A DNA stretch of 64,000 nucleotides from Myxococcota bacterium (GCA_044344255.1 JBIJDH010000002.1:160001-224000); one strand, 5' to 3'; positions 38,349 through 48,777 are shown, numbered from the stretch's first letter. Translations and numbers: made by a program. Notes: generated by a model not told the origin, from the sequence alone.

Positions 38349-38996
38349 TCAAGGGGCCTGACCGATCACGACATACTGCCGCGGCAGCGCCTCGGTGGCG
38401 ATCCAGGTGGTGAAGCCGGCCGCGCGGAGCTCGGCCACGACCGCTTCGGCGGACAGGCGGTGCTCCTTCGGGGGACCCTCTTCGGACTCGAGGGTGTAGT
38501 CGACCACCACGAGGCGGCCGCCACCCTTGAGGGCGGCCCTGAGCTTGGGGGTGTAGGCGGCGCGGTCGCTCAGGTGGTGCCAGGTGTTGACCACGAGGAC
38601 GCGGTCTGCCGAGCCGGGCTCGAGGCCGGGGGCGTCGGTGGGGATGAGGCGGGCCTGGGCGCTGGGGAGCGCCTCGCGCTGGATGCGGTCGTTCATCCAC
38701 TGCACGAGGGTGGGCTCGATGTCGAGGCCCCAGGTGGCGCCCCCGGCGCCGACGGCCGCGGCGAGGTGGGGGAGGAAGTATCCGGTGCCTGCGCCGAGGT
38801 CGGCCACGGTCATGCCGGGCTGGAGCTCCATCAGCGCGATGACCTCGGCGGGCCGCTGCCAGCCGTCGCGGTCGGGGGCGTCAAAGCGCGCGGCCCACGC
38901 GGCGGCGTCCCCGAAGGAGCGGGGCATCCCTGGCGGCCGATGGGCGTCGCAGGCGAGGAGGAGGCTGAGGGCGACGGCGGAGGGGAGGTGTCGCAC
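38349..38996 (-). CDS. Class I SAM-dependent methyltransferase with lipoprotein signal
   Basis: LLLAC lipobox; RDGWQRP, VADLGAGTGYF, LDIE, NTWHH. Confidence 0.88.
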   Translation of the reverse strand: MRHLPSAVALSLLLACDAHRPPGMPRSFGDAAAWAARFDAPDRDGWQRPAEVIALMELQPGMTVADLGAGTGYFLPHLAAAVGAGGATWGLDIEPTLVQWMNDRIQREALPSAQARLIPTDAPGLEPGSADRVLVVNTWHHLSDRAAYTPKLRAALKGGGRLVVVDYTLESEEGPPKEHRLSAEAVVAELRAAGFTTWIATEALPRQYVVIGQAP

Positions 38997-39090
38997 GGGA
39001 GGGTCCAGTGGGCGAGGGCGGGCGGCCGGGGGTAACGTGGCGACTGGGTGGCGGCGTGGAGAGGCGGGCCGGGGCCGACCCCTCTGGCGC

Positions 39091-40305
39091 TCATGGCGGG
39101 TCGGCCGGCGGCTCGGTGTCCGTCGGCGGCGCTGTTTCGGGCCCCGGCTCGAAGCCCGGCATCGGCTCCACGCCGGCCACGCGCTCCCCTGCTGCGGCTC
39201 GCGTGAGGCGCTCCGCGAGGTCGACCAGGGCGACGTTGGGGTGCAGCGAGCGCCCCTCGATGCCCCAGAGGCGAAAGGAGCAGAAGAGGCCCGCGGCGGG
39301 GTACCAGGTGAAGAGGTCTCCGGTGAAGGCGGTCAAGCGATAGCGGGCGCCCCGCTCGAGGTCGATGAGCTGGAGCTCGGGGTCGCGGTGCTGAGGGGCC
39401 TCCCCGGCGCGGAGGCCCTGGAGCCAGGCCTCCGCCCGGGCCCGCTCCGCCTCCCGCTCGGCGGGGGGGAGGCCGCGCCAGGCGGCCTCATCGAAGACGC
39501 TGCGCGCCGGCCCCTCGAGCTCGACGGCGACGTAGCGGCCGCCCGGGTGCAGGACGGCCCGGTCGGCGCCGGGGAGCCGGAGGCGGCTCTGACCCGTGGA
39601 CAGGTCGAAGAGCTCGACGCCGCCTTCATCCGACAGGGCGACGAGGCCCGCTGACGCCACCACGCTCATCCGCCCGACGGGGCTCTGCCGCCAGGGCAGG
39701 GCCGGGGCCTCCGTGCCGGTGTCAAGGTTGAGCTGGTAGGGTCGGCGGAGGCCCTCGGCGTCGAGGGCGGTGAAGAGCAGGTCCTGGTCGGTGAGGCCGA
39801 GCTGGAGATCGGTCGGCTCGCCGTGGGTGAGGGGCAGGACGTGGAGGGCGCCGCCGCCGCGGTCGTGGAGGGCCAGCCGCCCACGCGGGGCGCCCTCGGG
39901 TTCGCTTGGACCGAGGGTGTCGCTGCCCGTTCGCAGGGGGAGGATGAGGCGGCCCCCGCGCTGCCAGGCGCCGCCGGGGGCGGGGACGTTGAGCGGCTCG
40001 AGCTCGATGCGTCGCTCCGCGGCGCGGAGCACGTGGGCGCCGCCGGGCAGCAGGAAGTAGAGGTCGAGGCCGTCGGGTGACCAGGCCAGGTCAAGGAACT
40101 CGTTGGCGCCGCACGACTCGAAGACGAGCTGGAGGTTGTGGCGCTGCGCCAGGGCCTCTGCTTCGCCGGCCTCGCAGCGCTCTCGTGCGCCCTCCGCTCG
40201 AGGCGACGGCGAGGCGGGCGGGGGCGTTTCACAGCCGACGACGCTGATCCCGATGAGCAGGGCCACCCCGAGGGCGCGGAGCCCCCCGGACGCGGCGGCG
40301 CACAC
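39091..40305 (-). CDS. Lipoprotein with TolB-like beta-propeller
   Basis: VVGC lipobox; AWSPDG and HPGGRYVA propeller motifs; GTG start 5 nt after the M23 stop. Confidence 0.7.
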   Translation of the reverse strand: MCAAASGGLRALGVALLIGISVVGCETPPPASPSPRAEGARERCEAGEAEALAQRHNLQLVFESCGANEFLDLAWSPDGLDLYFLLPGGAHVLRAAERRIELEPLNVPAPGGAWQRGGRLILPLRTGSDTLGPSEPEGAPRGRLALHDRGGGALHVLPLTHGEPTDLQLGLTDQDLLFTALDAEGLRRPYQLNLDTGTEAPALPWRQSPVGRMSVVASAGLVALSDEGGVELFDLSTGQSRLRLPGADRAVLHPGGRYVAVELEGPARSVFDEAAWRGLPPAEREAERARAEAWLQGLRAGEAPQHRDPELQLIDLERGARYRLTAFTGDLFTWYPAAGLFCSFRLWGIEGRSLHPNVALVDLAERLTRAAAGERVAGVEPMPGFEPGPETAPPTDTEPPADPP

Positions 40306-40310
40306 CGGCG

Positions 40311-41597
40311 TCAGTCGCCCGCCGTGGCGTCGGCGACGGGGTCGGTCGGCTCGGGGGCGTCGAGGCGGGCGAGGGCGCGGTCGCGCTCGGCCTGGAAGCG
40401 GGTGAGCTCGCCGCCGTTGAGCTGCTCCTCGTTCGGGAGGGTGATGGTCATCGGGTTGACGATCTGGCCCTTCACCCAGAGCTGGTAGTGCAGGTGGGGG
40501 CCGGTGGAGAGGCCGGTGGAGCCCACGTAGCCGATGATCTGGCCCTGCTTGACCTTCTGCCCTCGCTTCACGGCGATTCGGCTCAGGTGCGAGTACGAGC
40601 TCTCGTAGGGCCCGTTGTGCTGCAGCTTGACGTGGTTGCCGTGGCCGCCGGAGCGCCCGGCGCTCTCCACGAGGGCGTCGCCGACCGCGTGCACGGGCGT
40701 GCCGGTGGGGGCGCCGAAGTCGACCCCCATGTGCGGCCGGGCCTTCTTGAGGATCGGGTGAAAGCGCTTGGGGTTGAAGCCGCTCGTGACGCGGAGGAGC
40801 TCGAGGGGAGAGCGCAGCACGGCCTTCCGGCGGGCGGCGCCCGTGGCGTCGAAGTAGCCCACGGCGCCGTCGTCGCGGACGAAGCGGAAGGCGAGCCAGT
40901 CCTTGCCGGCGTTGGTGAAGCGCACGGCGGCCGGCGCGCCGAGGCGCACCAGGGCGCCGTCCTTCCATTGCTCCTCGACGACGATGCGAGCCCGATCTCC
41001 AGACCGCACCTCGGTGTTGAAGTCGATGTCGTACTGGAAGACGCGGGCGAGGGCGGCGATGTCAGCGGGGCGCAGGCCGGCGTCGAGGGCAGCCTGCCAG
41101 AGCGAGGAGCGCACCTCGAATTCGCGGGTGCCTTCGCGGAGGTCGTAGGTGATGACCTCGAGCGAGGCGCTCCAGCCGGCGCCCTCCTTCTTCAGGTGGA
41201 GGGTGCGGGAGTCGTCGAGGGCGTAGCGGAGCTCGGTGGGGGTGGGCTCAGCGGGGTCGACGTAGAAGGAGAGGATCTCGCCGGCCCGGAGGCGGTTGAG
41301 GTCGGTGTGGGGCAGCGCCAGGGCGCGGAGGGCGCTGGCGTCGAGCCCGCGGTCGGCCAGGATCTCGGACAGCGTCTCCCCGCGGCGGATCAGGTGGTCT
41401 TCCCAGGCGGGGGCGGGGGGCTCAACCACCTCGGCCTCGGCGGCCTCCGCGGCGGCCAGGGCCTCCGCTTCGGCCTCGGCCTCCTCCGCCTCGGCGGCGA
41501 TCCGGGCGATGCGCGAGGCGCGTCGCTCGGCCGCGAAGGCCACGAGGCCCAGCGAGCAGAGGAACAGGATGCTGACCAGGACGCGGGGGGATCGCAT
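40311..41597 (-). CDS. M23 peptidoglycan DD-endopeptidase (MepM-like, LysM/OapA-type N-terminus)
   Basis: IRRGETLS; HMGVDF (HxxxD), YSHL, STGPHLHY. Confidence 0.93.
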   Translation of the reverse strand: MRSPRVLVSILFLCSLGLVAFAAERRASRIARIAAEAEEAEAEAEALAAAEAAEAEVVEPPAPAWEDHLIRRGETLSEILADRGLDASALRALALPHTDLNRLRAGEILSFYVDPAEPTPTELRYALDDSRTLHLKKEGAGWSASLEVITYDLREGTREFEVRSSLWQAALDAGLRPADIAALARVFQYDIDFNTEVRSGDRARIVVEEQWKDGALVRLGAPAAVRFTNAGKDWLAFRFVRDDGAVGYFDATGAARRKAVLRSPLELLRVTSGFNPKRFHPILKKARPHMGVDFGAPTGTPVHAVGDALVESAGRSGGHGNHVKLQHNGPYESSYSHLSRIAVKRGQKVKQGQIIGYVGSTGLSTGPHLHYQLWVKGQIVNPMTITLPNEEQLNGGELTRFQAERDRALARLDAPEPTDPVADATAGD

Positions 41598-41632
41598 GGC
41601 GGGGTCTTCGGGCGTCGGAGGCCCGGCAGGGA

Positions 41633-43120
41633 TCAGCGCGCGACGAGGTAGATGACGACGATCGCCGCGATGGCCACGAGGCCGAATCCGATGCCGAGCA
41701 GGGCGCCCTGGAGGATGGTGGTGAGGAGGGAGGTCTGCTGCGGCCGTTTGGGCGGCGCAGGCGGAGGCGGGAGGATCGGCGCTGGGGTGGCGGCGATGGG
41801 AGCCACAGTGCGAACGGCTGGCGTCGCGGAGGTGGTCGGAGCCGGAGGGGGGGGGGCGTGTGGCGGGGGCGCTTGGGGCGGCAGGGCTTTGGGCGGCGGA
41901 GCCTGGGGGAGCGGGGCCTTGTAGGGCGGAGCCTGGGGGACCGGGGCCCTCTGGGGCGGAGCCGGCGCCGCCGGGAGGGGAGGGGCCGCCGCCGGGCCGG
42001 CGGAGGGTGCTGGCCGCCTCGGCGCCGCGGCCGGGAGCGGCATCGCGGTGACCCGCGTCAGGGGCTCGTCATCGGGGGGAAGCGGAGGCAGGGAGGCGGG
42101 GCCGCTGGGGCGACCGCGGGTAAAGGCCGAGGGGGCGCTCGATGAGCTCACCTGCCCCGTTTCGGGTGAGTCGGCAACTGACGCGAGGATGCGGATGTTC
42201 CGCCCGGCGAGCTTGTTGCTGTCCGCCACGGGCCCGCGCCCGCGTAAGGACTCCGCGACGGCGCCGCGGGCCCAGGACTTGAGCCCCGGGCCCCCCGAGT
42301 TGTCCGCGACGTCCTGCAGCCGCCGCTCGGCCTCGGCGGAGTCGGGGCGGTCGCCGGGGTTCCACTGCAACATCGACCAGAGCACGGGCACCAGCGCCGG
42401 GTGGGTGGCCTGGAGCTGGTCGAGGCGAGCCTTCACCCGCCGCTCATGGGAGTCCTGGCGCACCTTCGGCTGGCCGAAGGGCTCGCCGGTCGCGATCTGC
42501 CAGAGCGTCAGCCCGAGCCCATAGACGTCGACCTGGGGCGACACCTCACCGGTGACGATGTACTCGGGGGCCATGTAGTTGAGGGTGCCGAGCACCATCT
42601 GGCCGGTGAAGCTCTCGCGGGCGTCAAAGCGGGCGCGGGCCACCCCGAAGTCGAGCAGCTTCACGGTGCCGGTGGCGGTCACCATGATGTTGGCCGGCTT
42701 CACGTCGCGGTGGATGACGTTGAGCGGCTGACCGGAGGTGGGGTGGCGGGCGTTGTGGGCGCGGGAGAGCGCGCCGGCCACGATGGCGCCGACCTCCGCC
42801 AGCGCCCGCGGCGTGGGGGAGCGACCGTCCTTCTGGAGAGACTCGAGGTCAACCCCCTCGATGTACTCCATCACCACGGCGTCGGCGCCCTCGATCTGGA
42901 CCATGTCCAGCACCTCGAGGATGGCGTCATCGTGCAGCAGCCCGAGGAGGCGCGCCTCATCGCGGAAGCGGGTGAGGAACATCTCCGTGTCGGGTCGATC
43001 GCGGAGCAGCACCTTCACGGCGACAGAACGACGGAAGTTCTGCCCGCTCACGAGCTCGGCGAGGTAGACCGTACCGAAGGCGCCGGCGCCAATCGGTCGG
43101 ATGAAGCTGAGCGACCGCAT
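41633..43120 (-). CDS. Membrane-anchored Ser/Thr protein kinase
   Basis: IGAGAFGTVY, VAVK, HRDVKPAN, DFG, YMAPE; Pro-rich linker; C-terminal TM helix. Confidence 0.95.
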   Translation of the reverse strand: MRSLSFIRPIGAGAFGTVYLAELVSGQNFRRSVAVKVLLRDRPDTEMFLTRFRDEARLLGLLHDDAILEVLDMVQIEGADAVVMEYIEGVDLESLQKDGRSPTPRALAEVGAIVAGALSRAHNARHPTSGQPLNVIHRDVKPANIMVTATGTVKLLDFGVARARFDARESFTGQMVLGTLNYMAPEYIVTGEVSPQVDVYGLGLTLWQIATGEPFGQPKVRQDSHERRVKARLDQLQATHPALVPVLWSMLQWNPGDRPDSAEAERRLQDVADNSGGPGLKSWARGAVAESLRGRGPVADSNKLAGRNIRILASVADSPETGQVSSSSAPSAFTRGRPSGPASLPPLPPDDEPLTRVTAMPLPAAAPRRPAPSAGPAAAPPLPAAPAPPQRAPVPQAPPYKAPLPQAPPPKALPPQAPPPHAPPPPAPTTSATPAVRTVAPIAATPAPILPPPPAPPKRPQQTSLLTTILQGALLGIGFGLVAIAAIVVIYLVAR

Positions 43121-43175
43121 CAACGCGCACCATAGCACGTCACCCCTGGCGAGGCTCCGCTGCCCCGGGTTGGGC

Positions 43176-43595
43176 TCAGGCTCGGCGGCGCCGGCCGAAG
43201 AGGGCGCTCATCGCCAGGACCGTGAGGCCGAAGGAGGCCTCCGCCCCCGTCGCGAGGCCGCAGCGCGGCTCGTCTGCGGGGGAAGGGGAGGGGGAAGGCG
43301 GCGTGGCCGAGGAGGCGGGGGCCTCTCCCGAGCCCGAGGTGGGCGGGGTGGAGGAGACGGTCACGTCACCGCCCTCCACGCAGAGGGTGCACGCGTAATC
43401 CACCGAGCCCGGCGGGGTGCCATGACTGTAGTCGAGCCGGCTGCAGGTGGAGGCCGCGCAGGCCCCGGCGGTGCCCGCTTCGGTCTGGCAGGCCTCGCCA
43501 GCCACCTTGCCGTCACACTGGGCGCGGTTCGGCGGCGGGACGTCCGCGGAGGCGGGATGGACGGCGAGCAGGAGGGTCAGGAAGAGGGCGTTCAC
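43176..43595 (-). CDS. Small Cys-rich surface protein with MYXO-CTERM-like tail
   Basis: Signal ending ASA-DVPPP; six Cys in the mature domain; Ser/Pro linker; RCG-hydrophobic-RRRR. Confidence 0.8.
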   Translation of the reverse strand: MNALFLTLLLAVHPASADVPPPNRAQCDGKVAGEACQTEAGTAGACAASTCSRLDYSHGTPPGSVDYACTLCVEGGDVTVSSTPPTSGSGEAPASSATPPSPSPSPADEPRCGLATGAEASFGLTVLAMSALFGRRRRA

Positions 43596-43673
43596 GCGGA
43601 CTCCGCACGGGCACAGAGAACTTAGCACGCGGGCCGGTTTGGCCTCACCGGTCTGACCGGCCTCGCCTTGGCC

Positions 43674-44204
43674 TCACTCGTCGATCGGCGTCATCCAGAC
43701 CGTCTCGGGGGAGAGGCCGAGGCTGGCGAGGGCCCGCCCGTACCGCTCGGGGAGGGGGACCTCGAAGACGAGCGCGGCGTCTACATCGGCGTAGATCCAC
43801 GACCCCCGCTCGATCTCCTCGTCGAGCTGTCCGGGCCCCCAACCCGCGTAGCCGAGGCAGAGGTGGAAGCGCTCCGTGCCCTGGAGGAGCGCGGTGAGGC
43901 GATCGGCGGACAGGGAGACCGCCACGCGGTCGCCCAGCGTCCAACCCTCGTCGTCGGCGGCCTCACCGCGCCAGAGCACGAAGCCGGTGCCCTTGCCGAC
44001 CGGCCCGCCCCACCAGGTCGGGGCGTCCCCGCGCTCAGGGCGCGGCAAGCTCATGCCCTCGGCGACGGCGCCGAGGGAGGCGGGCCCGTCGCGGTTGATC
44101 ACGAGGCCGAGCGCGCCGTCTTCGTCGTGCTGGCAGAGGAGGATGACCGTCCGCTCGAAATTGGGATCCCGCATCTGCGGCGAAGAGATGAGGAGGCCGG
44201 TCAT
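43674..44204 (-). CDS. algH: YqgE/AlgH family protein
   Basis: LLISSP.M.DPNFERTV, GALGLVINR, GGPV, LGYAGW.PGQL..EI. Confidence 0.92.
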   Translation of the reverse strand: MTGLLISSPQMRDPNFERTVILLCQHDEDGALGLVINRDGPASLGAVAEGMSLPRPERGDAPTWWGGPVGKGTGFVLWRGEAADDEGWTLGDRVAVSLSADRLTALLQGTERFHLCLGYAGWGPGQLDEEIERGSWIYADVDAALVFEVPLPERYGRALASLGLSPETVWMTPIDE

Positions 44205-44211
44205 GAGGGGC

Positions 44212-45483
44212 TCAACCCGAGGCGCCGTAGTCGCGCAGGGGCTCGGTGCGGGGCGGCTTGCCCTCGGTGATGACCTCCTCGGTGATCACCACCTCGCGCA
44301 GGTTGTCCTGGCTCGGGACCTCGTACATCACGTCGAGCATCATCGTCTCGATGATGGTGCGGAGGCCGCGGGCCCCCGTCTTCCGCTGCACCGCCTTGCG
44401 GGCGATGGCGCGGAGGGCCTCGTCGGTGAAGCTCAGCTTCACCTTCTCGAACTTGAAGAGCTTCTGGTACTGCTTGATGATCGAGTTCTTGGGCTCGGAG
44501 AGGATCGTGACCAGATCATCTTCTCCGAGCGGCTCAAGCACGGCCAGCACCGGCAGTCGGCCGATGAACTCGGGGATGAGGCCGAAGCGCTCGAGGTCCT
44601 CCGGCGTGGTGCGGCGGAGGAGGTTCTTCTTGTCTTTCTCGACCTGCTCGGGGTTGGCGTCGGCCTCCTGGTTGAAGCCGACCGTCTTCTTGCCCGTGCG
44701 GTGCTCGATGATTCGCTGGATACCCTCGAAGCTCCCGCCGCAGATGAACAGGATGTTCGAGGTGTCGATGTGCAGGTGCTCCTGGTTGGGCGTGCGCTTG
44801 TTGCCCTTGACCTGGATGCTGGCGTGGGTGCCTTCGATGATCTTCAGCAGAGCCTGCTGCACACCCTCGCCGGAGACGTCTCGGCTGACCGAGCTCGTGT
44901 ACGACTTCTTGGCGAGCTTGTCGATCTCGTCGATGTAGACGATGCCGCGGATGGTGCGCTCGACGTTGTTCCCGCTCGCCTGGTACAGGTTGAGGATGAT
45001 GTTCTCGACGTCCTCGCCCACGTAGCCAGCCTCGGTCAGCGTGGTGGCGTCGGCGACGACGAAGGGCACGTCGAGCAGGCGAGCGAGGGTCTGGGCGATG
45101 AGCGTCTTGCCCGTGCCGGTGGGCCCGATGAGCAGCACGTTCGACTTCTGGATCTCGACCTCGTTCGTCTGGCCCTCCGTCTTCTGGTTCACTTCGAGGC
45201 GCTTGTAGTGATTGTACACGGCGACCGCGATCTTCCGCTTCGCCTGGTCTTGGCCGATGATGTACTGATCGAGGAAGGCCTTGATACGGGCGGGCGGCGG
45301 CACCTTGGCGCTGCCCCACGCGATCGGCTTCGGCTGGTTGTTCTCCCGGATGATGTCCAGGCACAGTCGAATGCACTCCGAACAGATGTAGACGTTCGGG
45401 CCTGCGATGATCTTGTCCACCTCCCGCTGCGGCTTGTGGCAGAAGGAACAGGCGAGGCCGGAGGGCGTGGAGTACTTGGGCAT
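44212..45483 (-). CDS. clpX: ATP-dependent Clp protease ATP-binding subunit
   Basis: CSFC...ICSEC zinc finger, [41 protein letters not shown] loop, GARGLR. Confidence 0.97.
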   Translation of the reverse strand: MPKYSTPSGLACSFCHKPQREVDKIIAGPNVYICSECIRLCLDIIRENNQPKPIAWGSAKVPPPARIKAFLDQYIIGQDQAKRKIAVAVYNHYKRLEVNQKTEGQTNEVEIQKSNVLLIGPTGTGKTLIAQTLARLLDVPFVVADATTLTEAGYVGEDVENIILNLYQASGNNVERTIRGIVYIDEIDKLAKKSYTSSVSRDVSGEGVQQALLKIIEGTHASIQVKGNKRTPNQEHLHIDTSNILFICGGSFEGIQRIIEHRTGKKTVGFNQEADANPEQVEKDKKNLLRRTTPEDLERFGLIPEFIGRLPVLAVLEPLGEDDLVTILSEPKNSIIKQYQKLFKFEKVKLSFTDEALRAIARKAVQRKTGARGLRTIIETMMLDVMYEVPSQDNLREVVITEEVITEGKPPRTEPLRDYGASG

Positions 45484-45703
45484 CAGGGACCCGGGGGCCT
45501 TGGGCGCGAGGTTCGGGGGCGAGCGTGGGGCTGGCGTGCTCGGGAGCGTCGGGGGAGGTATCATCGAATCGCTCGGCCTCCCAGCCTCCGGGCTGCGGAG
45601 GGGTCGGCTTCGGACCCCCTCCGGGGGCCGCCAAAGCCCCAGCTTCGCCCGCCTGCTCCTCCACTCCCTCGGGTCCAGCGACCCCTGCAGAGGGTCCCGG
45701 CCG

Positions 45704-46927
45704 ATGTCATCCTCGACGCCCTATGTCGGCGACTACTACGACACCCTCGGCGTGGCCCGTGACGCCAGCGCCGAGGAGATCAAGAAGGCCTTCCGCAAGC
45801 TGGCCCGAGAGTGCCACCCCGACGTCGCGGGCGACAATGCGGCCACCACCGCCCGCTTCAACAAGGTTCGGGAGGCGTATGAAGAGCTGATCGACCCCAC
45901 CCGGCGGGCCCGCTACGACCGGCGCAACCAGCCGCGGGCCCCCCGCTCGCCCACCCCGGACGGCCTCCACCGCATGGCTGGGGGCTTCTATTACAAGACG
46001 GGCAGCCCCCACGGCACCGCCGGTCGCCCGGGGGGCAAGGGGAGCCCGAAGGGAAACCACCTCGACCTCGAGGACATCTTCGGCGACTTCGGCGGCAGCG
46101 ACTTCGGCTTTGGGGACAAGATGCACGCTGCCGCGGGCGGGGCCCCGCGCAGCGCCACCCCGCCGGCCGGCGCCGAGCGGCGGCCGGAGGGCTGGGGCCC
46201 CGCCGATCCCAGCGCCACGGGCCCCGCCGGCCCCGCCGGTCCGCATGGCCGCAGCGCCCCCGAGCGCGGCCCGGCGGCGCGGCAGGCGGGCCGCGACATC
46301 GCGCTCACCGTCGATGTCCCCGCCGCCATCGCCGCCCGCGGCGGCACCGTGACCCTGCACTACCCGCGGCTCCGCCTCGGCGAGGACGGTCAGAACCTCT
46401 TCCGCTACGAAGAGCTCCACGACCTCCGCGTGCCCCCGGGCACCCGCCACGGCGAGTCCCTGCGGGTCGAGAAGTACGGGGACGCGGGCAACGACGGCAC
46501 CTTCGGTGACCTCGTCTGTGACATCCGTCTCGTCGGCGTGGCGCCGCCCCCGGTGGCCGGCTTTCAGTCGGCCGACGTCCGCACCCCCCGCGCGTCGCCT
46601 CCGCCCCCCGCGGCGGCCCCCCCCTCCGCGGGGCCGGGGCCCGAGGCGGCGGTGGTCCTCGTGCCGATCGGCGTCGCAGAGGCCCTGCTCGGCGGGCGCA
46701 TCGAGGTCGAGACCCCCGCCGGTCGGGTGCGGGTGAGCATCCCCCCCTGCACCTCCTCCGGCACCCGCCTCCGCCTGCGCGGCAAGGGCGCGGGCGGAGC
46801 CGACGTCCTCGCTGAGCTCCGCATCGTGGTGCCGAAGCGTCTCGATGACGAGAGCCGCGACCTCATCGAGCGCTTCGCGGCCCTCAACCCTGACTATGTG
46901 GGCGCCGTCGAGCCTCCCGTCCGGTGA
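45704..46927 (+). CDS. DnaJ-class co-chaperone without zinc finger (CbpA-like)
   Basis: [17 protein letters not shown], two C-terminal DnaJ_C repeats (VPPGT..G, EALLGG, LRLRGKG). Confidence 0.9.
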   Translation: MSSSTPYVGDYYDTLGVARDASAEEIKKAFRKLARECHPDVAGDNAATTARFNKVREAYEELIDPTRRARYDRRNQPRAPRSPTPDGLHRMAGGFYYKTGSPHGTAGRPGGKGSPKGNHLDLEDIFGDFGGSDFGFGDKMHAAAGGAPRSATPPAGAERRPEGWGPADPSATGPAGPAGPHGRSAPERGPAARQAGRDIALTVDVPAAIAARGGTVTLHYPRLRLGEDGQNLFRYEELHDLRVPPGTRHGESLRVEKYGDAGNDGTFGDLVCDIRLVGVAPPPVAGFQSADVRTPRASPPPPAAAPPSAGPGPEAAVVLVPIGVAEALLGGRIEVETPAGRVRVSIPPCTSSGTRLRLRGKGAGGADVLAELRIVVPKRLDDESRDLIERFAALNPDYVGAVEPPVR

Positions 46928-47814
46928 GGCACAAGGCGCAGCCGCTCGACGGTGCCCGCGGTCGCGGTCGCGCCTACACCCCGGCCCGGGCCTGGTGGGA
47001 GAGCTGGATGGGCCCCCTCTTTGGCGAGGGCTGGCCGGCTCGTTGGTGGTCGGCCCTGCCGGGGGCCCTCCGGGTGGACACGCTGTCCGTAGACCTCCCT
47101 TGCCTGCCGCCCGGCTGCCCGCCCCTTCGGATCGGGTTCGCCTCCGATCTGCACCTGGGGCCCACCACCAGCCCGGCGCTGCTGGCTCGGGCCCAGGCGA
47201 TCCTGGCCGAGGCGGGCCTCGATCTGCTCCTGTTGGGCGGTGACTTTGTCTTTCTGGAGGCCACCGAGGTGAAGGCGGCGGCCTTGGCGGCTTGGGTCGA
47301 GGGCATCCCCGCGCGCTGGAAGATGGCGGTGCTGGGCAACCACGATCTGTGGACCCGCCACGATCGATTGGAGGCGGCCCTCGAGGCGGTGGGGGTAGAG
47401 TGGATCATCAACCGCGGCCGCCCGCTCGACGGTGAGCACCGCGCCATCGGTGTCTTCGGCCTGGACGACCCCTGGACGGGCGAACCGGATCCGGCCGCAG
47501 CCCTGGCCGGTGTGGCACAGTGCTCGGTCCGCATCGGCCTCGTTCATGCCCCCGACGGCCTGCCCCTGCTGCCGCCCGGGGTCGCCACGGTCCTGTTCTC
47601 TGGGCACACCCACGGCGGCCAGCTCGCCCTGCCGGGCGGTGTGCCGCTCTATGTTCCCGGGCTGGCGGGGCAGCGCTGGCCCTGGGGCCGCCACGAGGTC
47701 GATGGGACCACGCTGCTCGTCTCCCGGGGCCTGGGCGGAGTGGAGATCCCGATGCGCCTGTTCGCGCCGCCCGATGTGTGGGTGGTCAACCTGCTGCCGC
47801 GCGCGGCTGCGTAG
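46924..47814 (+). CDS. Calcineurin-like metallophosphoesterase (YkuE/YaeI type)
   Basis: SDLH, GGDF, GNHD, HAPD, SGHTHGGQ, VSRGLG. Confidence 0.92.
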   Translation: MRHKAQPLDGARGRGRAYTPARAWWESWMGPLFGEGWPARWWSALPGALRVDTLSVDLPCLPPGCPPLRIGFASDLHLGPTTSPALLARAQAILAEAGLDLLLLGGDFVFLEATEVKAAALAAWVEGIPARWKMAVLGNHDLWTRHDRLEAALEAVGVEWIINRGRPLDGEHRAIGVFGLDDPWTGEPDPAAALAGVAQCSVRIGLVHAPDGLPLLPPGVATVLFSGHTHGGQLALPGGVPLYVPGLAGQRWPWGRHEVDGTTLLVSRGLGGVEIPMRLFAPPDVWVVNLLPRAAA

Positions 47815-47819
47815 ATGTG

Positions 47820-48014
47820 TCAACCGGTCACGCCGCTACTCTCGATGAGGGCCCAACCGTGGACCTTCGCGCCGAAGCGGGTGGGCCGCTCGGCGAGGAG
47901 GTTGAGGGAGGCCTGGCAGTCGTCGTCGGAGTGGAAGATCGGCGCGCGGCGGGCGCTCCGGTTTAGGACGGGATGGCGGGCGTGCTCGTCGGCGAGGCGC
48001 GGCGAGCGAGGCAT
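47820..48014 (-). pseudogene. Truncated RAYT / IS200-like (Y1 HUH) transposase remnant
   Basis: MPRSPRL....ARHPVLNRSARRAPIFHSDDDC...LNLL.....RFGAKVHGWALI matches the Y1_Tnp N-terminus (H.V.NRG..R..IF..D.D...FL..L....RF...VH.Y.LM.NH.H) but breaks off just before the HUH motif. Confidence 0.7.
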
Positions 48015-48042
48015 GGGGGGAGGGTGGCGTGGTGGCGAGAAC

Positions 48043-48073
48043 GGGCAAAGGGCAAAGGGCAAAGCCTGGCACC
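48043..48073 (+). repeat. GGGCAAA x3 followed by GCCTGGCACC, just upstream of the transposase remnant
   Basis: Directly visible heptamer tandem repeat. Confidence 0.7.
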
Positions 48074-48075
48074 GC

Positions 48076-48744
48076 GATATCGGCGGGAGCCTCGAGCTGG
48101 ACTCGAACAGCTCCTTCCAGGCGACCCTCTGCGACTTCGGCTCCTCGACCACGAGCACCGAGAACACGGGCACCGACCTCCTGCTCGATTCTGCGTATCT
48201 CCCCTACGAGTATGACGAGGACGCGACCTTCACCTGCACAGACACCTACTGTGGGACCAAGACCACGAGCGCCTTCGGTGGCACCACCACCACCGCCTCG
48301 GCGAGCAGTGGGGCGCGGGGCAACATCGTGCTGGCGACGAAGAGCGCCACCATCGGGGGCTTCACGATGTACCTCGACCCGCCGAGCGCTTCGTGCAGCC
48401 TGACCTCCTACGTCCTCTCGGCCTCCTCCCTCAGCGGCACCTGGCGGGTGGACGACGCCTACGCCGATACCTTCGGCAGCACCGCGGGTAAGTACTACAC
48501 CGGCTTCGCCGGGGGCGTCGCCGTGGAGGTCGGTCGGTACTACGCCTTCGTCATGGGCTGGAGCTGCACCTCGGGCGTGACCTACGCGAGCAACAGCGCG
48601 GGGGCCTCCTCGCTCGACGCCGGCTTCGGCACCACCGCCGGTTACTGGTCGGACAGCACCTTCACGGGCTACTCGGGCACCACCGCCTCCTTCGCGAGCT
48701 CGAGCAGCACCCGGTATGGGATGACGGTCACCTGGTCGCATTGA
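48076..48744 (+). pseudogene. Headless C-terminal fragment of a Ser/Thr/Gly-rich extracellular protein
   Basis: Strong coding bias (DIGGSLELDS...YGMTVTWSH) with no plausible start, RBS or signal peptide; the frame upstream runs through the transposase scar. Confidence 0.6.
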
Positions 48745-48777
48745 GTGGGATGGAGCGGCGCCGCCCGGTTGGATCGG

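Noticed and set aside
47815..48075. N-terminus of the 309-aa ORF 47815-48744
   Set aside because: This part is the antisense of the transposase relic plus the heptamer repeat, not real coding sequence.
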